From the NCBI GenBank assembly GCA_964016885.1, contig OZ024740.1, positions 51,398,001 through 51,462,000 on the forward strand: a stretch of DNA of 64,000 nucleotides, written 5' to 3'. Below, piece by piece: positions 1 to 12,614 of the stretch. The DNA is from Eledone cirrhosa. Taxonomy: Eukaryota. The notes beneath the pieces are model-generated. The model saw only the letters and a program-made list of their open reading frames with translations. It ran no database searches and was not told the origin of the DNA. The translations under genes were made by a program, and so were the position numbers. Position 1 is the first letter of the stretch. Each line of letters begins with the position of its first letter.

Positions 1-332
1 ATTAATAGAAATAATTTTACCACATGTTGATGGTCAGTTGGTCACAACTCCCAGACCGGAGTGTGTAGAGAAGAACAGAAATCTTCCCTTGGTAAGGTTC
101 AAGTGGTCCTTTCGGCTGCCGGTGCAGGAAGTGGTAGTTAATGCCTTGATGTCCTCAAATATATAGTCCCCAGGGGAACGCAACTCCATTTAGTACATGG
201 ATCTGCCAATGGGAGTCGAGACCGTCACAAAGGGACGCAACTCCTATACGTATCTGCCACTGGGAGTCGCGACCGTCACAAAGGGACGCAACTCCTATAC
301 GTGCTGAGTTACAGCCGTAAGGGGCCGCTACA
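1..332 (-). repeat. 3' LTR of Gypsy element 1 (partial)
   Basis: Near-identical to 4552-4883; contains a ~50-bp internal tandem duplication. Confidence 0.93.
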
Positions 333-589
333 GTACCCTCCTCCAGACGATAGGCGAAAAGCCCGAAGGTAACTGTAGTGAACCCACAAGCATGGCCTCC
401 CAGCACAGGCATGAAATATTAACGCAAAGGTACATGTATAAATCAGGCATGAAATAGTAACGAAAAGGTACATGTATAAATCGGGCATGAAATAGTAACG
501 AAAAGGTACATGTATACATAGTAATACAATAAAGAGAAAAACAAAAAAGGCTCCAGTGGCCAGTTCACATGAAAACAGTTTGGCAGAGT

Positions 590-3500
590 TTTGGGGGCCA
601 GTGGACTCTTCGACCGGTGAAGGTGGGGCAGAAGGAGCAGGTGTATGCACAAGAGAGAAAGATTGGGGTATTTGTGGCTCGGGTGTATGAGCGTCATTGT
701 ATGCCCTTTTTAGTCTATCCACCGAAATTGTCTCTCTGGACCCCTTAATGTCTACTGTGAAATGTTTGTCAGTACGTGCTAACACACGGTAGGGTCCAGA
801 GTACGGCTGTGTGAGGGGTGGAGCAACCGCGTCGTTTCTGACGAATACATGTGTCCACAAGGCAATATCCCTCGGGACTGCAGCTTTAATAGTTTGTTTC
901 CTAGTATTCATGGGCGGTAAATCCTGAAAATAGGAGCGCAAACGAGATACGTAGGAAGCTGGGTCCTGGAAAGCAATATCAACAGGGGCAAGCATTTGCC
1001 CAGGCAACGCTAGAGGAGCACCATACAGTAATTCGGCCGGTGAGAACCCATGGTCCTCTTTTATTGATGACCGAATTCATAACAACACAATAGGAAGGCA
1101 CTCGCTCCAACGTTGAGAGTTTGGATAAGCGCGAAGAGCGGCCTTTAATTGGCGGTGGAATCGTTCCACCATTCCGTTCGAAGCAGGATGATAAGCTGTG
1201 GTCCGAATCTGTTGAGCACCAATGATCTTTGTGAGCTCAGAGAAGAGATGAGACTCAAATTGTCTACCACGGTCTGTGGTGACTGTAGTTGGTACCCCAA
1301 AGCGGGTAATCCAACCTGATACCGGGGCACGCGTTACAGTCTCAGCAGTAATATCTTGTAAGGGGATGGCTTCAGGCCATCGCGAAAAACGATCGATACA
1401 GGTCAAGAGGTAAGAATATCCACTACTGACTGGCCAAGGTCCAACGATATCAATGTGGATGTGTCGAAACCGAGCATCTGGAGTACTGAAAGTACCAAGT
1501 GGAGTCCGGATGTGTCTGTGGACTTTAGATCTCTGACACTGTGTGCAGGAACGGCACCAGACAGTAATTTCTCGCCTCATATTGGGCCAGAAAAATCTAG
1601 CCGTTATAAGCTTTACCTTGGCAGAAATTCCTGGGTGAGAAATGCTGTCCAAAGCAAGGAACAAATGGTCGTGGTGAATCCGTAGATACATCACATAGAA
1701 TCTGCCTGTCGGTGGTCGACAAGGGCAGATATTTGAAGATGCAAGTCGCAAACTCGGCAGAAAGAGTATCCAACGATTGGAGTACAGGTTGGTCTGCAGC
1801 TAAACGACTTAAGTCGATCGCCTGGGATGACGAGATGGAGCTGATTGGCAAACGTGACAATGCGTCTGCAGCTATGTTAAGCGAGCCAGCAATGTGCTGG
1901 ATATCACTTGTAAATAGCGAAATGTAATCCAGGTGCCTTGTCTCTCTGGGCGAATATCTGTCGGCTTTAGCCCTCAAAGCGAAGGTCAGAGGTTTGTGGT
2001 CGGTTAAAACAGTAAAATTTCTCCCCTCAAGAATATGAGAGAAATGTTTCAGGACGGATATATGGCTAATAAATCCCGCCCAAACGTGCTGTAATGCGTT
2101 TCTGCTGGTTTCAGCTTCCTTGAGAAAAATGCCAAAGGTTGTTGGTTTCCAGCGTTGTACTGCTGTAAAACTGCTCCCACAGCGGTATCAGATGCATCAA
2201 CACAAAGCGAAAGCTTGGCCTCTGGTACCGGGTGGGCTAGCAAAGATGAACTAGCGAGTGCTGTCTTGACAGTCTGGAAGCTGTCCTTGTGTCAAGGAAA
2301 TATCGTCATTCTTCTTACGACGATTTTTCAAAATGTCAGTAAAGGAAGATAGCAAATTAGCACAATGAGGAACGAAACGCCTATAGAAATTGATTAGGCC
2401 TAAGAAGTGACGCAACTGGTGAAGTGTAGTAGGCGGAGGTAAATCCTGTATGGCTTGAGCTCGCTGAGAGAGCGGCCTAATACATTCGGCGTCGATGAGG
2501 TGGCCTAAAAATTTTAGCGAAGTGGAACCGAAAACACACTTTGCGGGATTCACACGAACGCGGTAATCCTGAAGTCGCCGAAATAAGAGATGCATGTGGC
2601 GCATATGCTCTTCCGGAGAGGAACTAGCGACGAGAAGATCGTCTATGTATGTATAAACGAAGTCCAGACCACGAGTGACTTCGTCTATGAACCGCTGAAA
2701 AGTGCTAGCAGCATTCCTGAGTCCGAAAGGCATGGTAAAAAATTCGAAGGATCCGTTTTCGGAATATCCTCCTTCCTGACCGGAATTTGGTGGTAAGCTC
2801 GCACTAAATCTAGTTTTGAGAAAATGTTACACCCTGCAATGACGATGCGAAATCCTGGAGATGGGGGATGGGATACCTATCCGGACGGTCATAGCATTTA
2901 ACCTCCTATTATCCCCAGTGGGTCTCCAGTCGCCAGAAGTCTTGGGCACCATGTGTAACGGTGAAGCCCAAGTACTCGTAGATGGGCGAATAATGCCCAG
3001 CTGCAGCATACGGTCGAACTCGGACCGTGCTGCCTTTAATTTGTCCGCCGGTAAGCGGTGTGGACGCGAAAACACTGGAGCACCGGTGGTGGAAATGAAA
3101 TGTTCAGTTGAGTGTGTTGGTTCAGTGACTCGAAAATTTCCATCGGTGAGCTCCGGGAAGGAACCTAACAACGAATGGTAGGCGTCTCCAGCGGCGGCGA
3201 TGAAGAATATGGGGCTGACTGTTGGAGCATTTCACGAATTGAAAAACCGGTAATGTCATCCACCAGGCGTTGGCCACGGACGTCCACAGTCAAAGAGAAG
3301 TTGTGGAGGAAATCCGCTCCTAAGATAGGATATGGCAAATCGGCAACCGTAAAAATCCACTTAAAATCCCTACGATGATTTAGGAATTTGAAAGGAAGCG
3401 AGATTTGTCCGTACGTCTTTATAGGCGAGTGATTAACGGCCTGCAGGGTAACGGGTGACTCCACGGGGGTATCTTTCAGACAATGGACCGGCCAAATACT

Positions 3501-3602
3501 ACAGGAGGCTCCTGTATCCACGAGGAAACCTCTTCCCGACATAAGGTCCTTAATGAAGAAATAGCGGTTTGGTGGCTTTATGTTGAGGTCAACTTCCCCC
3601 AT
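590..3602 (-). pseudogene. pol: Frameshifted Gypsy pol (protease, RT, RNase H, integrase)
   Basis: ORF pieces contain LVDTGA (protease), MPFGL..YIDD (RT), DASD (RNase H) and [22 protein letters not shown] (integrase), split by stops and frameshifts. Confidence 0.93.
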
Positions 3603-3870
3603 CAGCTGACCTCTTTGGCGTTTCCCACCTTATGAAACGAACAAGGTTGCTCGCAGTGGTTCGCGCTCTCGGCAAATCGCTCATGGTACCAGCATAAAGA
3701 TGAAGCTGGTGACCTGGAGCGGCGTCTAAAAGATTGAGATCTCCTGCACGATCGCAAACGGGCACCACACCAGACCTTCATCATCTGAAGCTCCAGGGTG
3801 AGTTTCTGAATGGACTTCTGCATCGCCATAATGGCTGAGTGAGATGCCATTGTTATACCGTAGGTAATCT
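3602..3870 (-). pseudogene. Gypsy gag C-terminal remnant
   Basis: RSRSP..LCWYHERF...CEQPCSF motif directly upstream of the protease; no N-terminal gag is visible. Confidence 0.75.
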
Positions 3871-4462
3871 GCAAAAAAAAAAGCGTCTCCGTTTGGAAAA
3901 ATGTCTCCAACACGAGGGAAAAAGAAAACAAATTCGCTTGTTTTTCTCTGTCAAATAACTGGACAGGAAAAAGAATGCATCCGAGACAACATGTAAAGGA
4001 GCAACTAACCGAGTGATGTCATTAACAAGGTATAGGCAGGGAATTTAAAACTAAAACGAACATGGCGGACGATTTCGCGCCAAAAACACTATTGATGGAG
4101 AAGAAAGCCGCCATCTTGTTATCCTCAAAAATTTTAGCCAGAGAAAAGAAGAAAAGAAGAAAAAAACATTTATACAATTGTTGTTTCGCTAGGAAACTAG
4201 CGGCAATATTATGTTATCTTTTTTTTTTTGTGAGTGTTTGTGTGTAAATAAATGGAATGTTCGCTTTGCACATATAAGGAGTTTGACTGTTAAAATGTTA
4301 CAGATAAAGATGCTGAAATTAGTAAAATACAGCCAGATCGGAATGAAGCGTGGCGTGTTGTTTTGTATTAAATGTTTTTTTCTTTCTCTTTTTTTTATAT
4401 ACACATGGTACCGTTTCCCATTCTTTTTTTTTTTTTTTAAACGTCAGGTCACCAATTTAGAA

Positions 4463-4883
4463 TGTTAGTATCAGTGTATATATATTATTAAGAATGACAA
4501 TAAATGCAGGTGAGTGTTGTGACATGGTTTTACTTCACAGAAGTCAAATAAATTAATAAAAATAATTTTAACACATGTTGATTGTCAGTTGGTCACAACT
4601 CCCAGACCGGAGTGTGTAGAGAAGAACAGAAATCTTTTCTTGGTAAGGTTCAAGTGGACCTTTCGGCTGCCGGTGCAGGAAGTGAGAGTTAATGCCTTGA
4701 GCTCCTCAAATATATAGTCCCCAAGGGGACGCAACTCCATTTAGTACATGGATCTGCCACTGGGAGTCGCGACCGTTACAAAGGGACGCAACTCCTATAC
4801 GTATCTGCCACTGGGAGTCGCGACTGTCACAAAGGGACGTAACTCCTATACGTGTTGAGTTACAGCCGTAAGGGGCCGCTACA
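4463..4883 (-). repeat. 5' LTR of Gypsy element 1
   Basis: TG...CA termini, followed on the minus strand by the PBS. Confidence 0.9.
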
Positions 4884-7800
4884 CTATTAATGAAATAATA
4901 GAAGTTATCGCCAATTGCAAAATATGCCGTGAATGTAAACCATAATTCTATAAACCACCCAAAGGAAGATTAATACATGTCACAAGAACCTGGGAAAGAC
5001 TATCAATGGACTTTGTGGGTCCTATGGCTATCTCAAACGGTTTTAGATTTATGTTAACTATAGTTGACGAGTACTCACGTTTTCCATTATCCATTCCCTG
5101 TAAAGAGATAACAACGGATGTAGTAATTAAACATCTATTGGAGATACTCTATATTTGGAAAACCCAGTTCGATTCATACAGTTAGGGGATGTCAATTTGA
5201 ATCACAAAAACTCAAAGATTTCTTATGGAGATTATAAAAAGCCACACCACGCCATATCGACCCCAAACCAACGACCAATGCGAAAGAGTTAACGGCACAA
5301 TATGCAAAGCGATAAGTCTGGCATTGAAGACAAATAATCTCAATAAAAATGAATGGAGTAACATGATTCCAATCGCTCTGTCGTCTATCCGAGGATTGCT
5401 TTACACTGCTACAAACGCCACACCACATGAAAGAGTATTTTCATTCACCAGATCGACAAACAACGGCACAGAAATACCAGAGTTTCTAAATAAACCAGGC
5501 ACAATCGTGCTACATCGACGTCATATAAGGAATAAAAGTGATCTCACGGAAAACGTTCAACTTTTAGCAGGGTAGTAGAATGAAGGGTCGTTAGTTGCCA
5601 GTGTGGTAAGTGATAGTATCCTCGTTGGATTATCTTGTCGACATAGACGTGAGGGAAGGTCCCTCGATCTATTTACTATCTTAGTATTTACAATATTCCT
5701 TTCGTCAGGTCGCTAATTCCAGCAGCATGGATTATAGATGTTATTGAGACACGAGTAACATAATAATGATTTCAACAGCAGAAATTAGAGATGAAATGTA
5801 TGTTTATTTTTGATGTAGCACAAACAATGTTTGTTAACTTATATGGTTGAAGTTACAGATAAAAAGAGGTTACAAAAGGGAATGTGCCATTGCGCCGAAA
5901 AGACGGCGAGGCAAGGGTGCAATATCTCACCGTTACATTATGCGTGTTGCTGGTTCGAAGTTTCTGGTACAAGAGAGAGATTCTTCAAATCCTCGCGGGG
6001 AATTTCTTCCTCGGGGCGCGTAGGGATACATCCTCTTCTACTGGCGCTGATTGGCTGAACTGAGCCAAATCACGCACAGAGAATGTATGTGAGCCCGCGG
6101 AATGTAGGTCACTACATCACCTCCGAGCAGATTTTCAGCCGAAAATCGATAACGAAGAAATCAAGGACCCACACATTATTGAATCAGCAAGAACAAATGC
6201 TGAAAGAGCACATCAGTGAAAAAAATAATTGAGCAGAAAGATTCATGCAAGAACAAAAAAAATTAGGCGCGACGGACCGTGTTGAGCCGCTGTCAAATGA
6301 CTAGCTGTTTTGTAGTTTAAACGAGACCCTCAAGGGCCTACCAGAAAACAGATAAAGTCTGACATGGGCGAAGTTGCTGTTCTTGCATTAAATGTTAATG
6401 GTAAGCGTTGTACCAGTAGCTGTGAACGAAGCTATTATGGGAGTTTACCAGTGCTGGCGAGAAAATGATGGCCCCCAGATGTATTGTCGAATGTGCTGTG
6501 GAGCCAGGAAAAAATGGCTGGTTGCTTTGTAAAGAAAAAAAAAGCAAGTTTAATCTGTAGGTGGGTTGCAGTGTAAATTCCATAATTCGGGCGAATCCAC
6601 AGAAGTGACTGAAATGCTGACAAGTCCAGTTCAATTTGTTGCTTTCCCAGCGAGTCGGGCAAAAACAACAAGACGGATGGCCGTCATGGACGATCAGTGT
6701 GCAACGAGATGCGAAGCTGTTTGAGTTCAGCTGCAATTAGTACTCTCGTGTTGCGGTGCCTGTTTGAATCCAGTGGATTAAGCTCTGTGAGCTGCTAGCA
6801 TGTGACAGCACCTCAACCAGGTGAAAAGGGACTCGCAGAATATTACGTTTGAAGAACATATACCAAGAACAACATGTTGGTGTGTGATAAAAAAATGTGT
6901 GCATATGCAGGCATGTAAAACAGCAAAGAATGTGAATGAACAAAAACCATGAGCAAGCAAATAGCAAAAGAGCACAAAACAAGTAAATGCATTCTACAAA
7001 GAAATATGTGAATGTAACAAACTGATAATTCAAAGTCAATCTAAGGGAGCAGAGAAATTGCTCAATAAGTTCAAAGTTTTTCACACATCACCAGTGTACA
7101 GACACTAGTTCTATCTGAAAACTGAAAAAGAAGTCTGTTAATGCCGTTAGGGGTTAGATGTATGGTGTTTCTGAGAGTTCTCGTGGCCATTCTACCGTCT
7201 TGCCACCCTGTGTGACATAAGGTTTTGTTGTTAAAGCAAAGTCAATGAATCTTCTGTAGAGTAGCAGTCACCAAACATGGCAGCCACGTCTGACGCCATA
7301 ATGGTGAGAAAACTACTGTCTCAATTTCTCGAGTCCCTGTGGTAACGAGACAGAAGGTATGGTGGTTGCGTCGGTAAAGTTACAAGCCGTTTTGAAATTT
7401 CCGATGTGTGGTGGGTTTGCGTCGGTAAGGTTATGAAGCTGCCATCTCACTATTCCCTGTCGTTGGTCAGTGGTTAAACAATGCTGTCCCTGCCGCTGCT
7501 GCTGCTGTCGTTGTTGTTGATTGTAGACAGGACCTGTCAGTAGCCATTTTGAAATTCCCACGTGGCGAAAAGTTTTTGAAATACTGCTAATTTAAAAAAA
7601 AAAAAAAATGTTGAAAGGAATATATTGTATTTTCGCAAGTTGCGAAAAGGCCGGCAACGCGGCAATAAAAGTTCAACTGAATAAAAAAGAAGGGCTGCGT
7701 TAAATTCTTACGTCGGTCACCACTTTAGCAGTATGAAAGTTGAATAGTCGCCACTTTAACAGGGTAGATGATTGAAGGTCGTTAGTTGCCAGTGTGGTAA

Positions 7801-8867
7801 GTGATAGTATCCTCGTTGGATTATCTTGTCGACATAGACGTGAGGGAAGGTCCCTCGATCTATTTACCATCTTAGTATTTACAATATTCCTTTCGTCAGG
7901 TCACCAATTCCAGCAGCATGGATTATAGATGTTATTGAGACACGAGTAACAATGATTTCAACAGCAGAAATTAGAGATGAAATGTATGTTTATTTTTGAT
8001 GTAGCATAAACAATGTTTGTTAACTTATATGGTTGAAGTTACAGATAAAAAGAGGTTACAAAAGGGAATGTGCCATTGCGCCGAAAAGCCGGCGAGGCTA
8101 GGGTGCAATATCTCACCGTTACATTATGCGTGTTACTGGTTCGAAGTTTCTGGTACAAGAGAGAGATTCTTCAAATCCTCGGGGGGAATTTCTTCCTCAG
8201 GGCGCGTAGGGATACATATTCTACTGGCGCTGATTGGCTGAACTGAGCCAAATCACGCACAGAGAATGTATGAGAGCCCGCGGAATGTAGGTCACTACAA
8301 ACTCATCGAGACGATCTCACCTCACTTTGCCAAGGCACAATTTAATAGTGGAAGAATAGACAGTCTCAACTACAAATCTCGCACCAGCAGCATCACCACA
8401 AAACAATGGAAATTCAACAACATCGGATTGTCAGAATAATAACTCCCCAAAAGACGCCAATTTAACTCAACCAACAGCAATATCTACACCTGTGGCCGTT
8501 TAGAACGAAAGTATGACATCTACCGCCGATAACAATCCTACAGAGAGTGCTGAATTTGACGACGATGAATCTTCTGACACATTCTTAACCTCGAATAACA
8601 CACCCCAACAACAAAGGACACGTCGAGGACGCTTAGTAGTGAGGCCAATGCGATACAACGATTAACGCTAGAGGGAAAGAATGTGATGATATGATTTTGT
8701 TTTATAGCATCACTTTTGTCTCTTTGATTCGATTCCTTTTTATTCTTATTCGTTGTTCTTGTTTGTTGTATTGTTAACCCATACTAATTTCTTCTCTTAT
8801 TGACTCTTTCTATATTATTCTTAGATTGAATAAAAACCTTTGATTTGGTACAAAATAATACAACACA
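4884..8867 (+). mobile_element. Older host Gypsy element (integrase plus 3' LTR ~8682-8867) interrupted by two younger LTR elements
   Basis: Integrase remnant (CKIC, WERLSMDFVGP, VDEYSRF, TTPYRPQTN..ER) at 4884-5562 resumes in frame at 8304 (ENVQL|IETISPHFAKAQF). PPT AGAGGGAAAGAA is followed by TGTGAT...ACAACACA. Confidence 0.85.
5563..8299 (-). mobile_element. Non-autonomous LTR retroelement (2.7 kb, no pol)
   Basis: LTRs at 5563-6116 and ~7755-8299; 4-bp TSD AACT (5559-5562 and 8300-8303); tRNA-Trp-like PBS at 7710-7722; purine tract next to 6117; no long internal ORF. Confidence 0.9.
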
Positions 8868-9199
8868 ATCCATCATGTCAAGTAGATAAACTTATGAATG
8901 CTGAAGGAAAACTGCCATCTGATGGACAAACTTGTGCGGGATAGACAGATTGATAGTCAGAACTTCGAAGAGAAATATTGCAAGGCGGGACAAAAATTAT
9001 TTTCGGTACTGAACAAAGTAGGCCGGTTAGAGGGAGGTTTGTTCTTTACATAGTTTAAAAGGAGCTACGATATGGTTAGTGTTAGATATTTAGGTGGCAC
9101 TTCCTTCGTTCTCCCGACCTCCGAGCGATATACTGACTTATAGGGCTCCATGCTAATTGTAAAGGAGGTAATACACTCAGCAACTCTATTGTATTTGTG

Positions 9200-9680
9200 T
9201 TGTGACGACTCTTAGTTCAAATCCCTCCCAGATTCACTTTGCCTTTCATACTTTTGAGGTCGATAAAAAGATTACCAGTCCGGTTCTGGAGTCGATTCTC
9301 CCTCGAAATCTCTCCAGAAGAAACCGATTATGTTCAAACCAGGAACGTCGGCGTGCTTTCCATGAGCGCCTGCGAGACCGGAGTCATACTCGGACGACTG
9401 ATCCCATATTCTGGTACCACCGTAAAGGCCTATTGCCCTGTTCTTTTCGGAGTGACTCCCGTTAAGGTCTGAGAAACGATGTGCCAGGCAGTAACAGCGG
9501 CAACTACACCAGGCTCTTTCAAACCTAGTCGCCTGTTCCATATTAGATCAATAGGTGTCTGGTTTCTGGTGGACACAGGGACGGAGGTTAGCATCCTATT
9601 ATATGCCCTGGTGCCAGGCAACAGGAAACCTACAGCAGTAATTCTTCAAGCGGTGAACCACGCCTCTATCCCTACATTTA
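9200..9680 (+). mobile_element. Degenerate Gypsy gag/protease fragment
   Basis: IFWYH...PCSF gag motif followed by SRLF..WFLVDTGTEVSIL protease motif. Confidence 0.75.
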
Positions 9681-11783
9681 TTTTATTTTAGTATTTCTAC
9701 AAGGGTAAGTATGTAGCAGTTTTCTGTGGCCATTGATTTGCTACACATTTATGGTAAGGTGCGACAATTTCTTTATACAAGACCTGTAATCCTTCACAAA
9801 ACTTTAAAAAAATTTACTTTACTATTCTGCTATCATTGTTGTCAGTCTATTACATCAAATTTCATAATTTAGATTGTCAATTTAACGCATGCGCTTTAGT
9901 GCAATTAATTCGTCTGCTAGAGCGAACCTTTTACAAAGGTCTCAGTTTCCACTTAGATTCGCTTATTTAATGACAATAAAATCACTGTGAAACATTTAAA
10001 TAAGATAGGAATTATTTTGCTACAACAATTATTTAGTCATGGACAGCTATATGTATACTCGGAGATTAAAAAGTAAATTGACTGAGGGGGGGGGGGGGTA
10101 GTTAATACAAATAGGCAAAAAGAATCAGAAAAATCTATCATGAAAACCATTGTAAAAAAAATAACTCGATGGTATAAATTATGATAATTAATGGTCTACT
10201 AATTTACATGCAACAATGAAACAAAACAAATATGTCGGTAATCGTGGCCAGCTAGTCGATATAATTATGCTTATACGTATATGGTGGAGATGGGGAAAAG
10301 ATAAATAGGATAGGAAAATAAAGGTGCGAGATAGGCGGTTGGAGGAAGTGGCAAAAAGAGAAAGCGAGAAGGAACGTTTTCTGCCATATGCCATGCGATA
10401 TACCGAGAACTAGTGATGTTTTCGGTGGGAATATTAGTTTGTTCAATAACAAAGCATAGGATGAAGCATTTAAGGATTTAGAGTTTTTAGCCGCGAACAG
10501 TTATGTTAAATTCTCTGAAGCTTTTTAGCCCTAGAGCATGCTATTTTAGCTAGGATAGTAAATACCAATAAACAAGAGAAACCATCACTAAAATCATTGT
10601 ATATAAAGAACTATATTAATGGAATATATGAATGGTATGATACAATGGTGAAATAAATGTCAGAGTAATCGTTGTATCTTAGTGCCAATGACGGTGGGAT
10701 ATCCACAAGATTAGCTAATCTATGTGGTTGTGAACGAATTTCTTAACCACACAACCATGCTGGAGTAAGACATCTGAAAAAAAAAAAAACAAATCAAAGA
10801 CTGAAATGCTTTTCATTATAGGTCTGGTTAATCAGAACCAACACGGGGTTAAAGAACACCACAGAATGCGAGTTGGACACTGGTGAAGCTGTCCGACAGA
10901 AAATTTCTAATGTAAGAGTGGAGTGAAACTTATAAATAGGTTATATTGCTTGAAGTTTCTCGAGTAGAATACGATTGAGCGATTTACTAACGTCAAAGGT
11001 AAGAACATAGCTGCCAAGTTCTCACTAAACAGACCACTCGTGTGGTCGCTGAGAAGGCAAAGAGACTCGCGATAAAGGAAGTAATCATTAAATAACCTTC
11101 TCCATTACTTTTGAAATACCAAAAGCTAAGGCAATCAGTTTTCCTTTTATAATAAAATGAAGAAAAAAAAGAAAACAAAGGACATTTTAATTAACAAAAA
11201 TATATGCATGATAGATAAATTTATATAGTTGAAAAATACATTACTCTTAAATAAAATAAATGGGTGCATTCAACAATTCTTCCATTGGAGGACTTTCTAT
11301 AAAAAACGAACTCGGAATACTTGGACATGATAAACATTGCAAGACACCGACAATGTTAAATTATTGTAATCTCTCTCTATATATAAACACACATTCATAT
11401 ATACATGTATATTATAAAAGATAATGATTTTATTTTATTTGACAAACGAGTTTAAAAGTTTAATATATAAAAAGCACACACATGGAACAAGAATGATAAA
11501 CATTCAGATCATTTCATATCGTCGAGATTTAATCCATAAACTATCTAACCAATATAAAACGTGTGTGCGCGCGTGTATATATATATACGAGAGAGAGAGA
11601 GAATAATCTTTCGTTTCTGATGTGTCAACAATTTCAGTGGCATTGCTTTTCCCTAAATTTGATAACAATTTCGATTAGTTAACTTTAAATATTCAAACAG
11701 ATGAATGTAGACATCTGTGAAATGTAATAAATTCCTCAATAATTCCAGGCTTTGATAGAGTGTTAATGCAACAGGTTATATTT

Positions 11784-12614
11784 TCAGTGTCGGGGATTTT
11801 GTTTCATTAGAGGATTCAAAAAGTGATCACCGAATTTCATTTTGTAATTGTTTTTATGATTTTTGTTAATACACATAGATTCTAAATGTATTTCATCGTT
11901 CTGATCCTGCATTTCTCCGACTTTTGATTTGTAAGAAATAACGACTTCGGATCCGACCATGTGGATCTTTTTGGGGTCAAATCTGTCTGTCTTGGTTTCG
12001 GGTATTCTAAACATTATTTTAGCACCATATTTCTCAATATCGGTATCAGTTAACTTTTCACATCCATTATCTGTAGATTTGTCAAAAGATGCCCAGTTCA
12101 TTTGAAGTGGAATTTCGGGTGTGTCACCCAAATTATGTGATACTGAAAGGCCTAAAGATATGGACTCCTTAGTAACTGGCGTACTTGTAGCATTATATCC
12201 CCAAAAATCTTTCTCCGTTAGATATAAGTTAGATATAGATATTTTAGAATCTTCCGTCGCTGTATCTGATACAGGCTTCTTGGGCCAACATGATTCTGAA
12301 GGTACACATTCAGAAATAGCTACTGGATATGCAACCGAAAAAGTTTCAGTATTGAACATCTCCCAAAGCTTTTCTGAACGAGCTAACCACTGACCTTTCG
12401 TTCTAAGAGGTTTGACGACATGATTAATTTTCATATGATGAGATCTGTGTAAAATATCGAGTAATTTATTATGCTGAGTCATTTCGTTGACATTAAATTC
12501 ATCGCTTTTAATGCTTATGCAATTATCAGAGTCAACTTGACGTAAATATTTTTTTAAGTTCCATATATCGCCTCCAGAAGTTGATGGTAGCGGGAGTTTT
12601 CCAAGAGGCAACAT
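11784..12614 (-). CDS. Uncharacterised protein, 276 aa, single coding exon
   Basis: Long stop-free ORF in AT-rich DNA with no TE motifs. ATG lies just downstream of the acceptor ttttattttttgtag (exon starts 12621); a possible upstream donor AAG|gtaagt is at 13161. Confidence 0.6.
   Translation of the reverse strand: MLPLGKLPLPSTSGGDIWNLKKYLRQVDSDNCISIKSDEFNVNEMTQHNKLLDILHRSHHMKINHVVKPLRTKGQWLARSEKLWEMFNTETFSVAYPVAISECVPSESCWPKKPVSDTATEDSKISISNLYLTEKDFWGYNATSTPVTKESISLGLSVSHNLGDTPEIPLQMNWASFDKSTDNGCEKLTDTDIEKYGAKIMFRIPETKTDRFDPKKIHMVGSEVVISYKSKVGEMQDQNDEIHLESMCINKNHKNNYKMKFGDHFLNPLMKQNPRH

Larger units (their letters stand above)
1..4883 (-). mobile_element. Ty3/Gypsy LTR retrotransposon, decayed; 3' LTR cut by the window edge
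   Basis: Matching LTRs at 1-332 and 4463-4883 (minus strand TGTAG...CTAACA). PBS TGGTGACCTGACGT at 4441-4454 resembles the tRNA-Trp 3' end. PPT-like GGAGGAGGG lies next to 333. Domain order gag(CWYH..C..PC)-PR-RT-RH-IN. Confidence 0.95.

Noticed and set aside
10990-11120. Possible exon
   Set aside because: Reads as a decayed LINE RT scrap (SKVMEKVI..LSDH) with a stop codon.
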